A stretch of 64,000 nt of DNA, from NCBI GenBank assembly GCA_965287045.1, contig OZ336877.1, positions 48,174,001 to 48,238,000 of the forward strand, written 5' to 3'. Source of the DNA: Carcharhinus amblyrhynchos (Eukaryota). Below are positions 12,340-24,808 of the stretch, in pieces (the stretch's first letter is position 1; each line of letters starts with the position of its first letter). The translations under genes and the position numbers were made by a program. Below the pieces are notes generated by a model. It did no database searches, was not told the DNA's origin, and worked only from the letters and a program-made list of their open reading frames with translations.

Positions 12340-12900
12340 CTTCTGATCATCTATGACCCTAAAAATCTTTCTAATCTCTCTGGTCCTCTGTGGTAGTGTG
12401 GTCCGTTTATGATGTGCTCCTTCATTGTCCGCATGACCAGCCTGGAGCAAATGGTGTGTGAACACGTGAATCAGGAGACAGAATGAGGGTTCCTGGGGCT
12501 GGAGGGCCTCAGTTGGAGTCAGGGTGTTGTGAGGAGTGGACGGGTATTGTTGTGGTGTTAAACCCTTTGTTGTATATGGTGGCTCTTAACAATAAATCCT
12601 TGGTTAGTTTTTGCCACATCGAGTTATCACACCCTCCAATTCTGGCCTCTTGCATATCCCAACTTTCTTTCCTGTACCATTGACGGCCATGCCTTCAGCT
12701 GGCTTAGCACCTGGTTCTGACGTTCATCCTCTGTCCCTTGATATGCTCTCTCTCCTTTTTTGAATATGCTCCTTTTAAAGCTAATCTCCTTTACCAAGTA
12801 TTTGATTAACAATCCCAAGTATCCCCTTATGTGGCTCAGTATCAAGTTTAGTTGAAAAATGCTCTTGTGAAGTGTCTTGCTATAAAAATTGAAGATTTTT
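12340..12900 (+). mobile_element. L2 LINE 3' fragment split by a solo LTR
   Basis: CCAATTCTGGCCTCTTG...GGCCATGCCTTCAGC (G-AFS motif) and tail GTGAAGTGTCTTGCTATA. Confidence 0.6.
12389..12631 (+). mobile_element. Solo LTR (243 bp)
   Basis: TGTGGTAG...TTATCACA termini, AATAAA at 12591, near-identical 5-bp flanks TCCTC/CCCTC. Confidence 0.6.
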
Positions 12901-13417
12901 TTAAGATTATAAGGCGTATCCCATGTAAGGCTCAATTAAATCTTGGGCCTCTGTGGAAAATCCACTGGGAACCTAGGTCCCATTTCTCCCTGTATGGCGA
13001 TAGAGAATGGAGTGTCTTGTGTCTTGGGAAGGAAAATCTTGGTGTGGTGGTAGTGGTGATAGACTCTTGCTGCTCCACCTTCTTGTTGTTTTAGGTAAGA
13101 TCATGGGGGAAATTTGCTGCATGCCCAATGGTATAACAAGAGTTGAAATGGAAATTCTGGCTCTATTTGTAGTTGCAAGCTTCAGAGACCAATTAAAATC
13201 CCAGCTAAATTTGTTTCTGCTGGCAGCCATGTTAGTGCAGTTGAATCGTTTGGGTATGTTACAATTTTTAATTTAAAAAGAACATCTCCCAGGCAACATT
13301 TCTATCTCTAATCATTGGGTGAATGTAAAACGGGAAGTATCGAATTTTCAGCCTACTTTATCTTGCCCAATCATCATTTTCCATTTGTTGCAGCAGTGTA
13401 TAATAAGAGATGCATTA

Positions 13418-13760
13418 TGGGGAATGGTAATGTCACTGGACTAATAATCCAGAAGCCTAAGATGATGCCTTAAGGACATGGGTTCAAATCCCACCATGGC
13501 AGTTGGTGGAAGTTCAATTTTTTAATTTTAAAAATCAAAAAAATTTGAAATAGCTTCAGTCACAATAGTGTTGGTCATGAAACTATCATTGCTGTCTAAA
13601 CCCATCTGGTTTATTATTCTCTTTAGGGCAGGAAATGTGTCACCCTTATCTGGCTGGGGACTTGAGACCCTCAACAGTGTGCTCTTAAACAAGCTGCTGG
13701 GTTCAGGGGCAGTTAGAGATGGGCAATAATGTCAGTGCTGCCCACAACCCATGAAAGAAT
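13418..13760 (+). mobile_element. tRNA-derived SINE with a CR1-clade LINE tail
   Basis: B box GGTTCAAATCCC; tail GCCCACAACCCATGAAAGAAT; approximate reverse complement of 46838-47172. Confidence 0.75.
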
Positions 13761-13854
13761 CTTGCAAGCTGTGAATTCACCATTGATCTTCTGCACAATC
13801 AACTAACCTTGGAATTGCCCCTCCTTAAAGTTGTAAGGATTTTGAATTAATTGC

Positions 13855-14030
13855 TGAACAGAATAGTTGATGCATTTAAAAAGGGTCTTGATTGGTATAT
13901 GAGCAAGAAAGGAATAGTGAGATGTGAGGGCAGGATAAGAAAAAATAATTAGAGATACAGTGGGGAGCAGTATCAACATCTGTATAGGTGGATGAGAGGA
14001 ATGGTCTGTTCCTTTACTGTACATTCCATT
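13855..14030 (+). mobile_element. Old CR1 3' end fragment
   Basis: TGATGCATTTAAAAAGGGTCTTGAT...AATGGTCTGTTCCTTTACTGTAC, typical of a CR1 3' UTR. Confidence 0.5.
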
Positions 14031-14271
14031 TAATTTGATAGTTCAGTAACAAGGTATTCACATTTAATGGCTCCTTACTGAATTATTTCTTGATTTACGA
14101 TTTTCATGATTTTTATTACTGGCCTGTAGTAGCAAATTTTATGCAATATATAAATACTCTTGAACAGATCACTGTAAACCTGTTCAAGTTAGTTATCTGT
14201 ATATCTTTGTGTTAAATGCGGAATAGTTTACACATTTTAAAATGAATTCCCTGGAGATTCAAGATAAAAGA

Positions 14272-14365
14272 CAGATACTGGAAATCTGAAACACACCAGA
14301 AAATGCTGAAAAGACTCAACAGGTCAGGCAGCATCTGTGGAGAAAGAAACAGTCTTGAAGTTTTG
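14272..14365 (-). mobile_element. Penelope-derived short terminal repeat fragment
   Basis: CTGGAAATCTGAAA..CAGAAAATGCTG..CAGGTCAGGCAGCATCTGTGGAGA, shared with copies at 21084, 28700, 46370 and 53690. Confidence 0.6.
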
Positions 14366-16079
14366 ATTTTTCTGTGTGACTCTTGTTTGGCCCCTGCTTT
14401 GCCATTCAATAAGATTGTGGCTGAAAATGCAAATGAACTCTCATTATCCTGCACTATCTGCATTGATTTAAATCCATCAATTACCATCTTGAATATGCTC
14501 AACAAATGAGTACACAGAACTCCCTGAGGTACAATGCATGCAGGAGAAATGTTGGATTAGGTTCTAATTTGAAGAAATACAGCAGGATAAAGTTCTACAG
14601 TGACCCCTGTTTTGAATATTTATCTGAAAAGGGCAGCTCTGTGTTCAATTTTAACAATATTACTTTGTTTAATTATAAAAATGTTACTTGTGAGTTAAAT
14701 TGAAAAACAATTGACAACTCTTAATTTCTCATTCCAATTGTAAATGGCTAGCCCCTTGCTCTTCTCTCCTACCTCATGATTGCCATTTTCATGGTGAACA
14801 GCAGGGTGGTTGAGAGAGAACATCCCACTGTGTTTGGTAGAAATCTAATTGCAATGAGTTTGCACAAATTAAATTAAAGTGATTCAGCTTTGTATTCATT
14901 TGTAGCTTATGAGTATAAATCATGGCCATCCTTTTTGACGAAACATTGGGCAAACTGTTTGCTGTAGCAGTAATGTATGGATTTTAGAGAATTATGTCCT
15001 TAAGCCATTTGTTTTCCGTCAAATGCTGTCCAGTATTTTGGGGATAATTCTAATCATGTCATGTCTTTCACGGCCAGGAGATGTCACATTCTTAATAGAA
15101 ATTGAAAATGAAAGACAATTAAATTCCTTAGTTGCTTTTATTTTTGGTTTCATTTACCAGTATTAAGTCCTTAGTGTTTATCTTTCATTCTGCCCTTGCA
15201 GCCTTTAGAGGACGTGGGTAATGTGATTATTTCACTATTACGTAATGTTTGCCTAATTTAATTTTCAAAGAAATGAAAAATGTGCCTTTGACTGGAGCGG
15301 TGTCTTTTGAGCTCAAAACAATGGAGTAATGGACTCTCAATTAGGATGTGAGTTCAAGATCCATTTTACATGTACTTTCTCAATTTGCTCAATTTAGTTG
15401 CATGTATTCTTGCTTTCTACTTTATCAACTAACATATATAGCATGAGCCAGAAAGCAGCTCTTCTGTTGAATTATTCCTTCTGATTTGTGGAATTCATAT
15501 TGGGCTAATGCCTGCTTCTATTGAATAGAGTTACTGCTCTGCACTCCAGGTGTTGCTCAGACAAGAAGAGTGGGCCGTGATGGCAAAAAAGCATCAACTT
15601 TTAAGAGTCAAAAACAAAATTTCAGGATTTTTCTTGCAGCAGGTTTCTAGTAATTACCCATTTAATATTTAAAGCAACTAGATTTTTTTTATTGTAATAT
15701 TCAATTAGCATGCCTTATTGAAAGCCTGATATCTTTGTCCAAAGCTTGAGTAATGAAGCCTGAAATTCTAATTTTGCATAACTGTCTAGTTTAAATGAAT
15801 TCGGACTCCTGGAGTATTGTAGATATTAAAAGCAAAATATACAATATCTGACTCTACATTATCAGCAAAGTGGTAGAAAGATTCACTAAATGTGTCATCA
15901 AGTGGGACCAACTCATAAATAACCTGCTTACTGATGTTTGCTCAGCTTTAGAGCTCATTACATCTTGATATGGATTGAGCTGAATGTCAGAGGAGAGATA
16001 AGATAACTATCATTGACAGCAAGGTACCATTCAACTAAGTCTGATGTTGAGTCGCATTAGTAGAAGTGAGCTCAAAAGG

Positions 16080-17270
16080 GATCATGAGAGCTTTAATTGG
16101 TTCTCCAAAGCAAAATATGTTCCAGAACATTCCTTAAGGCATCGCTTTAGCTTAGTCAAATTTGAGTGTTTCATCAATGATTTTTCACTCCACCACAAGA
16201 TCAGAATTGAAGCTGTTTGCTTATGATTTCATCAGGCCCAGCATCCAGATTTGAATTGATAAGCGGCAGGTAAAAATTGTGCTACATAAGTGGCAGGTAA
16301 TGCCCATTGGTAGCAAGAAACTGCCCTATAACCTGACTTTTTCATTGGCACTTATTATCAACACTTGCACCACCATAAGCATTTTTGCAAGCAGGAGATA
16401 AATGTACCAACCATACCCATGCCATTGCTACAGAGCAGGGGAAAGGCTGCGTGTTCTATTACCAGTGGCTGACTTCCACTCCTGAAATATATAACAAAAG
16501 TTTACAACACTCAAATCAGGACACGGCTGCCAACTCTGGCGGGATGTAATCCTGAACTTTATGCCACATGCTCTCTCCCTAATTGTCCTGCCACCCACTT
16601 GCAGAAAAATTGGTCATCCAATGTGTCCATTCTTACTATGCCAAGCCTTCCCACACAATTTAGACAGTGAACAGACTTTACATTATCTAATTGGATGATT
16701 TTTGACACTTGTTCATACAGCCTTTACTTGCCCAATGCCAGCTTTTTTACAATTAAAAGTTTGGAAAGAAAATGTTTTTTTTCAGTGCTGCTGTGATCTC
16801 GGTCCTTATTCCTCCCACTATTACCCTGAGGATTAATCATACGTTCCTGAAGGCCCTGAAACAATCCTGTGGGGTTGGTAACACATGGGGTTAGTGTGAG
16901 ACAGTACTGATGACTTGCCTGGATGGATGAACAACATTCCAGAAGCTTGGTTCTATTCTGAGCAAAGCAATATGGTTGACCACATCTCTGCCACTAAAGG
17001 GAAGCCACTGCACTGTGGCTTCAAAACGCATCATTCACAGGGTAGACCTCCACAATTTAGAAGGTTTGCCTCAACAGCACCCATAATGCATGTAGGAGAC
17101 ATGTTGCCAATGTTTGGACCACTGGAATTTTCTAACCAGTAACAATGCAGGAGCACCAACATCACAAGGCTGTAGTGGTTCAAGGAGAAGGCTCTCTGCA
17201 GCTTTTTTAGGGTATCCCAGGTTGAGCAATAGATGTGGCTTGCCAGTGTCATCCACGTTTCGAACAAATT
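16080..17270 (+). mobile_element. CR1-clade LINE RT/3' fossil, same family as 8125-10580, split by a MITE
   Basis: FINDF and decayed LFADD RT motifs near 16165-16230; 3' end GGCTTGCCAGTG..CCACGTTTCGAACAAAT. Confidence 0.6.
16522..16886. mobile_element. hAT (Blackjack-like) MITE
   Basis: Decayed TIRs CACGGCTGCCAAC...GTTGGTAACACATG resembling AGGGTTGCCAAC; interrupts the LINE. Confidence 0.45.
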
Positions 17271-18594
17271 GCAACAGAGCTACTTTTAGTGAGTGGTGCA
17301 AAGTCATCAATCTGGTAGGTGCTGGGCATTTTGTCTGTTTGTTAGTAAATTTCTATAGTTCACCTGATGGCTTAGCGTATGCAGTGGATAGCTGCATCAT
17401 TCAGGCCAAAAAAAAAGGTCCCCTGTGTTTTAATTCTATGTTCTGGGTGCTACCAATGACCGGGAGTTCATTTAAGGAAAACAACATCAGACAATTTTAC
17501 TGCTCCTTCAGGAAGAAGGTTTTTGTAAATTTCAGGTGAGAATAGAATTGTGCTGAGCTGTGTTGCGCCCTACATCTGTAACACACGGCTGGCGCATGTA
17601 CACAGACCTAAACAGCTGGCTAGTTCGTGACTCCCTCATTAACTCATTTCAAGGGTATAGTTCCGTGTCTTCGATGGGGGGGAAATGAAACTCGGGCATC
17701 GAAAGAGAAGCAGACGGGAACAAACTTTAACAATTCATTCAAGTCTTCACCAGCATATGAGGAAGAAAAAGGCCAAACATGAATGACGTTTGTAACTCAA
17801 ACGTTCCTCTGCCAACATACTGAGGTTCAGTATTCACCATGAGTCTGATTCCAGATGGCCATTGATTCCTGCAATTCTGTTTACAGACATGATTTGCAGA
17901 AATTGAAGGTGAATCACAATTGGTCTTTCAAAAGTTTGTAAAATAAAGTAATGAGAATAGTTTGTCTAAATAACTACTAAACATGCATATCTCTGAAAGT
18001 GTTTGATTCGACTAGAGGAAAAAATGGGAGGTAATAAGTTTCAGTTCTTCTTTGGAGCAACATTATTGGAAAAAAAATTGCAAAATTGTGGAATTCATCA
18101 AATGGCTTGACAGATGTTTTTGTTTTATGGTATAATGAAAACTAAATAGCTGCTTGAATTTTCCAGAGCAGTTGCTTTCCCTTAAAAGGATTTCCAGTCT
18201 CTATGGAACCCATCTCAATCTAGACAAAAGCTGTGACAATTTAGCTGGTCTATAATTACAAAGAAATGTGAATTTGAAACATGGTTTGGGTGTTAACTAT
18301 AAACTATGACTATAAAGTTGACTTAATTGTCTTCAAAAATATTGTAAATTATGTATTTTCTTGTTCATTTGATTACATCAATGTATCATAGGTATGCCAT
18401 AGTCTGTGGAAATCTAATGGACTATGTACACATTGTCTGGTGTAGTCTATGAGCAAACTACTGTGATTACCCTAAGGAAAGAGGTGACCATGTTGAGAAA
18501 AGGCAAGTCGTATAGATTGCCTAATTTGCAGCTGTACCTAGAAGGCCCTGATATTTAACCTTCTGTTTAAGTGACTGGCAAAACTGGTGAATTT

Positions 18595-19870
18595 TCATTC
18601 TTTCATGGGATGTGAGCATTGCGGTCAGGGCCAGCATTGTTGTCCATCCGTAACTGCCTTTGACAAGATGATGGTGAGTCACTGCTTTCAGCCTTTGCTG
18701 CTGGAAAGGGAGTTCCAGGATTTTAACCCAGCAACAGTGAAGGAATGACAAAATAGTTCCAAGTCAGGATGGTGTGTGACTTGGAAGGGAGTTGGCAGGT
18801 TAGAGTATTTCCATGCGTCACCTGCCCTTGTCACAAATTTGTAAGCTGCTATTGACAGTCTTGGTGAGTAGTACTTTGTATATGCAGTCACAGTGTGCCA
18901 AAGGTGAAGGGAGTGAATGTTTTAAGTGGTGAATAGGGTGCCAATCAAATGGACTGCTTTGTCTAGGATGGTGTCAAGTTTCATGAGTGTCTCATCAGGG
19001 TCCAAGTGGTCTCTGGCAAGTGGTAAGTATTCCATTATACTCCTGACTTGTGTCTTGTTTATAGTAAATAGACTGAGAGTCAGGAGGTGAGAATTCCTAG
19101 CTTCTGACCTGCTCTTGTAGCCACAGTATTTGTGGTTTGTTCAGTTTATTGACCAGAAGTTTGCAACGCTTAGGATATCGATAGTGGGAAACTCGATGGT
19201 AATATCAGAGGGAAATAGTTAGATTCTTGTTGGAGATGGTCATTCACATGACACAATGGTGTGGGCAATGTCCAGTCCAAGCCTAATGTTTTCCATAGGA
19301 ACGCAGCAAGTGGACATAGACTGCCTCAGTACCTTGAGATGTTATGAATGGTTATAAAAACACTGTAATTACCTGCAAAACCCCAACTTCTCATGTTGGA
19401 GTGAAAGTCAGTGATAAGCAGCTGAAATGGTCGAACCTACATCATTATTATGAGGAACTCCTGCAGTGATGTCCTGGGGTTAGGATGATTGGCTTCATAC
19501 ACAGAACTATCTTCCTTTTGAGCTAGTTATTATTGCAATCAGTAGCAAGTTTTCTTCTGAACTCCTTTGACTTTAGTTTCGCTTGGGTTATTTGATGTTT
19601 CTTCAGTTTAAATGCTGCCCTGATGGCCACATTCCCCATATCTCTGGAATTCAGTTTTATTGTCTATGTTTGAACCAAGACTGTAAAGAAGTCTAGAGCT
19701 GAGTGGTCCAGGAGGAACCCAAACTGAACATTGATAATCAATTTATTGCTGAGTGAATGACACTTGGAAGTAACATTGGCAGAACTACCATTATGATGAT
19801 TGAGAGTGGGCTAATAGAGCAATGATGGGCCAGATACAGCTTGTTCTTCTTTTGCATTTTAGAGGATGCA
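18595..19870 (-). mobile_element. CR1-clade LINE 3' portion
   Basis: Begins with tail TTCATGGGATGTGAGC; KSWNSL motif in ORF 18688..18891; colinear with 38815-39671. Confidence 0.75.
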
Positions 19871-21083
19871 CTTGGTGCAGATGTTGAATATGCAACTATG
19901 ATTAAAATCTCATCTGGATCTAAATGGTCTAGTTAAGACCTTGGCATTTTCCTTTCAATATGTCTGTGCCCAGTGCAAGATCTCCAAATGCTAACTAAAA
20001 TCCACTTGTAGAAATAGTGTGTTGTACAAATGGACCTGGTGAATAGACTGTTGCTCCAATTTGAATGCTTGTCTCATTGCCATTGAGCTCAGAGGTTACA
20101 ACTGTGTGCCCTATATTGTATGAAGAATGGTTGAAAGAGCACTTTAAAAGTTCAACAAATTTAGAAAACTAAACACAACATATTGTATAAAGTACTTTTA
20201 TAGCATTTTACAATTGAAATATAATTTGCAGGAGAACACATTGCTAGGAAGGTAAGTTTTTTTTTGGTGGCTTTTGAGAGTTTTAATTAAGAGGGTGTTA
20301 ACAACCCAGAGAATGCCAGAGGGCTGGCATGCAGAAACTAAAAGACTAACCTCCATTGGTGAAGTTGGAGGACCACGTGAGTGAGGATGTATGGCCAGAG
20401 GAAGCCCAATGAAGTTGGGCGATGAAAAGATTTCAAATGATCTTGAAGTTGATTTGCAGGGGTTTAATGGACCTTGTTAGCAATATGGGTGATGGGCTTT
20501 CAGAGATGGGATATGCCACCGGAGTCTGAAATGCTTTCGCCAAATGTTAAGGTAGGGAGATCAGTGAGGACGATGGTGGAGAAGTCACTTATTCAGTTGA
20601 TAGGTTAGGGTTTCAGCAATTATGTGGTTGTGGGCTGGGGTGCACACGGTGGATGGCAGTGGAAAGTGGAGACCTAAGTTAAAAGAAAGACATGGCAAGG
20701 ATATGGAGTCCTTGGGTTTCAGCTCAACAAGGTTGACATTATTTTAAAAAAAACAAATTGCTCCATCAGATGCCACTTCATCCAGACTTCTCAATCGATA
20801 CAATTTTCTTTTTTTTTTAAACCAATCCAGTTATGAGACTCATAATGCAGGATGTGTAATATTTAGTATTGTTTACCTTGAGAGCATTGAGGAATGTTAA
20901 ATTTACTGCACATCTATTGGGGTGAACTAGTGTTTGACAAGAATTGGTTTTATGGGTATGTAACTAGTAGGGTCGATAAAGGAGAGCCAGACGTTGGATA
21001 CAATGTTACATGAAAGGTTATTAGACATAGAGTATCTAGAGTTGGGGATGGATATTCACATGGAAGGAGAGAGTTGGGATAGA

Positions 21084-21220
21084 AGTAAAATACTGCGGAT
21101 GCTGGAATCTGAAACAAAAACAGAAAATGCTAGAGAAACTCTTGATAGTCTGACAGCATCTGTGGAGAGAGAATAGAGCCAACGTTTCAAGTCTCGATGA
21201 CCCATCATCAGAGCTGGGGT
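21084..21220 (-). mobile_element. Penelope-derived short repeat inserted in a CR1 3' end
   Basis: AAATACTGCGGATGCTGGAATCTGAAACAAAAACAGAAAATGCT..CAGCATCTGTGGAGAGAG; CR1 tail resumes at about 21225-21320. Confidence 0.7.
21177..21215 (-). ncRNA. Minimal type-I hammerhead ribozyme motif (Penelope-type)
   Basis: Minus strand AGCU-CUGAUGA-U-GGGUC(AUCGA)GACUU-GAA-ACGU-U-GGCU: intact core, stem I, stem II and palindromic stem III; activity untested. Confidence 0.55.
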
Positions 21221-21654
21221 GAGGAAATGGAGCTGAGGCAGAAGATCAGACATGATTGTTTTGAATGTTAGAATAGGCTTGAGGGGCCAAATGGTCTAAT
21301 GTCACTCTTTTTTTGTGTTCCATGGAGCTCTGCATTCTAATGCCATGATTGGTGGAATCCCTGATTGTAGGTGCACAAAGGCTTTCCGCTGAACTTCCAA
21401 AGTTATAGGAACAGAGCATAAGAAGCCCAGAGAAAATACACAGATTGTGTCTTAAAATAAGATTCCTGTTGTGGATCCTTCTTGGCAGTCTATTCTTGAT
21501 CACTTTCCTTCATTGACCTAATCTTAGATCATATCTGCCCTCTGCATCTCTAATTTATTGGGTATATATTCTGTTTTTACCCCTAATTTATTTTAACTTC
21601 TGTGTACATAAAATTTGTATTTAGATGGAACTTATAGCATTTTTCCCGAGCAGA

Positions 21655-21990
21655 AGAAGCCCTCCAGCCAGTGGAATAGTTTCTTGAAGTTTTGTCACTT
21701 CTGTAATCTGGAAAGCATGGCATCCAAATTGGGTTCAGCAAAGTGCAATGAGATAGCGATCAGGCAATCTGCTTGGGAGATCAGTCGAGGGATAAGTATT
21801 GGTCAGGAAAGTGGGAAAACACCTCACTGCTTCTACGGATAAAATCTGTGTCCATCTGAAAGAGCAGGTGAGACCCCAGTTTAATATCTTAGATGAAAGA
21901 TAACAGTTTCAAATGCAGCACTCCTTCAGCATTGCATTAACAGGCAGTGTAAATTAAAATGCTCCAGAAACTGAGGTTTGCTGATTTGAA
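21655..21990 (-). mobile_element. Deu-domain SINE (degenerate)
   Basis: GAGGGATAAGTATTGGTCAGGA, TCCATCTGAAAGAGCAG, TGCAGCACTCCTTCAG. Confidence 0.55.
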
Positions 21991-22014
21991 TGTAGTTGCA
22001 ATAACTACTGATGA

Positions 22015-22875
22015 CAAGAACAACTTTATATAGTGCTTTTTAACCTAATGAAATATGCCAAGGAGCTTCGCCAGGAGTATTAAGACAGATGGGGAGACAA
22101 AATGACCAAAAGCTTAATCAAAGAGCTACGTTTTAAGGAGGAACATGAGGTGGAGTGGTATAGATAGGGTGTACCAGAGTCTGGGACCCAGCCTTCTGAA
22201 AGCATGGCCATCAATGGTTGAACACCTAAAATTTGGGGATGCACAAGAGGCCAGAACTGGAGGATCTAACTCCAAAGGTTATGGGCTGAAGTGAGTACGG
22301 AGATGGGGAGGGGTAAGGTCATGGAGAGATTTAGAAAAAGGATGAAAGTTTTTAAAATCAAGATATTGTTTGTCTGGGAACCAATGCATGTAAGTGAACG
22401 CAGGGGTGATAGGTCAGTGGGACTTGTTGTAAGTTAAGATATAAACAGTATGGTTTCAGATGACCTCCAGTTTAGAGAGTAGAATGTGGGAGAGCATCCA
22501 GGATTGCGTTGGGCTAATCAAATCTAGAGGTGACAAAGGTTTGAATGAGAATTTCAGCAGGAGATGAGCTAAGTTGAGAGGTGTTGCTGAAGTGGAAATA
22601 GGTGGTCTTGGCAATGGCATGAATATGAGGCTGGAACTCATTTCAAGATCAAAAGTGACACTAGCTTGAGAACACTATATTAATGCCCAATGTTGCCAGG
22701 GTGAGGGATGGAGACAGTAGCTTGGGGACCATTTTTTTTTCTCTTTCAACTGTTGGAGCAGAAATTGAAAAACAATGGCTTCAGTCTCCCCTGGAGGAAA
22801 CTACTTCTGTTTATCCGGGTAAGCAGTAGAATGTAGTGACAGTGGAGGAGTCCAGAGGTGGTGAGGTAGAATTGC
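22015..22875 (-). mobile_element. L2 LINE 3' fragment
   Basis: Minus strand encodes a frameshifted KTTYFHF..FVTSRFD L2 C-terminal motif; colinear with 29320-30530. Confidence 0.7.
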
Positions 22876-24808
22876 TGACAATAATATAAATTACATTTTT
22901 GGAGCCTTTTGGTTTGTTTTGAAAGTAACTGCCTTGCTATTTATCACTGCCTTGCGGGCTTCAAAAGGCTTCATTTTTCTGCAGGTCGTGGAAGAAAACG
23001 GATGACCTCATTCTGCAGCCCACTAACAGAATAATTTTTTATTGTAATGGTTTCTCAGTGCCTGACTATCCATAAGTCTAATTTTGAGACTGTAATGGTA
23101 GTGAGTAGATGAACATTGAGATTATCTATTACATGTCTCTGGCAGGATTAAAAACATGACGCATTTTACTTGATTTGATTTGTCTCCATTTTAAAACTGA
23201 TTCCTTGATAATTTTGTCCTCTTTTCTACCTCCCTCTACCTTATTGGGAATGAAGATGCGTTTCAGGAAGCCACATTTTGTACAGATTATAATACATTAA
23301 TGATAATTAAGTTTACTTTTGTACAGCTCTGCGTACTGATCAATATGTAACATGTCTGCCTTTGTGTTTTGGCAGTCTGTGGATGTCTGCAGTCTCTGCA
23401 AATTGTCCTATTTCTTTAAATGGTACTGAATCACAAAAAATGCATCATTTTTTAACTAGATGCAATTTGCATTTGGGCTTTTAACTACTAGAAAGGCTCT
23501 ATGTGGTGGAATAGAACTTCAGACTACCCACTGATGAGAGGTTTCACTGTCTGACAGCTTGAGTTCAAGGTTATTTTAAATATTGAGGACCAATGGCTGC
23601 ACCCACCTGAACGGGAAGGGGGAAGATGTAAGATTAGTGGGAGAGGAAGGAGAAGGAATCTTTTCTACAGTAAAGCTGTGCAACTTTTCTATTATCAGTT
23701 GTTTGGCTGAAACTGATAAATTTCCAACCTCCGACCCCCATCCCACAGCTCTAGTAACCTGCGTGCCAGGGATTCTTGAACATCTGTGTTTTTTATCATT
23801 ACTAACGATGTGTAAGAAAAATATATTTGTCATTCTGTTTCCTAATTCCCTCATTTGTGTCATATTATAACATGTCCCACCCAACCACTTTCTGGTCAGT
23901 ACATTATGGTTCTACCTCTGAAACTGCCAGGAATTTCAATGAGGCCGGTAAGGAGGTGATACAAAGCTCTGTCCCAAATTGCAGTCCCTCCCCCGCCCTT
24001 ATTTTTTTGCTGGCAATTTTTCCGACTATAATTTTCAATTTGTTGATCTTAAAACCGCTAACCCACAATGTTTCTCTCCAGTGATTGTATTATAACCCAT
24101 TTGTCATGATGGGAAATTTATTCCCACTGTTTAAATGGGAGAAGCAATCATGTATTCAGACACATGTTCTGGAACACCATCCCCATCAGACAAGACAAAT
24201 TCCAAATGAGGTCGGTATCAATAGGAGATCTAAGAGTGTGAGGAGGAGAAAATTTCTCCACGTATAACCTGCATAATTTATAAATTTCGATTCAATATAA
24301 TGGCTAAGTAATTGGTTTCTTTAATCGCGTCCTCTATAAAGTTTTAGACAGGAAATGTCTATGGATTTCCAGAAGGCATTTGATAAAGAGGTTCATAAGG
24401 GACTGCTAGATAAAGTTGAACCCCTTTGAATTTGAGGCAAATTAGTGACCTTATTAGAAAATTGGTTGAGTGGCAAAGAGTAAGGATAATGGCTCATGGC
24501 CTGATTGGCAGGATCTAGCTGATAGTGTCCCATGTGGATCAGTGTAATTACCATATTTATTAGTGACTTAGGTGATGGAATAGCAGTCCATATATCCAAA
24601 ATTGCTGATAACATAAAGATAAGTGACATTGTAAGCTGTGTAGATGGAAACATAAAACTACAAAGGGATATCGATGGCTTAATTGAATGGACAAGTGTGC
24701 AGTCATCCATTTTCTAACTAGGAAGGATAGAACAGGGTGCTTTTGATGTGAGAAGCTAAAAATAATGGGAGCCCAAAGAAACTTGAAGGTTCAGATTCAT
24801 TTGTCATG

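Noticed and set aside
23531-23560. CTGATGAG as a possible hammerhead core
   Set aside because: No stem II or GAAA follows
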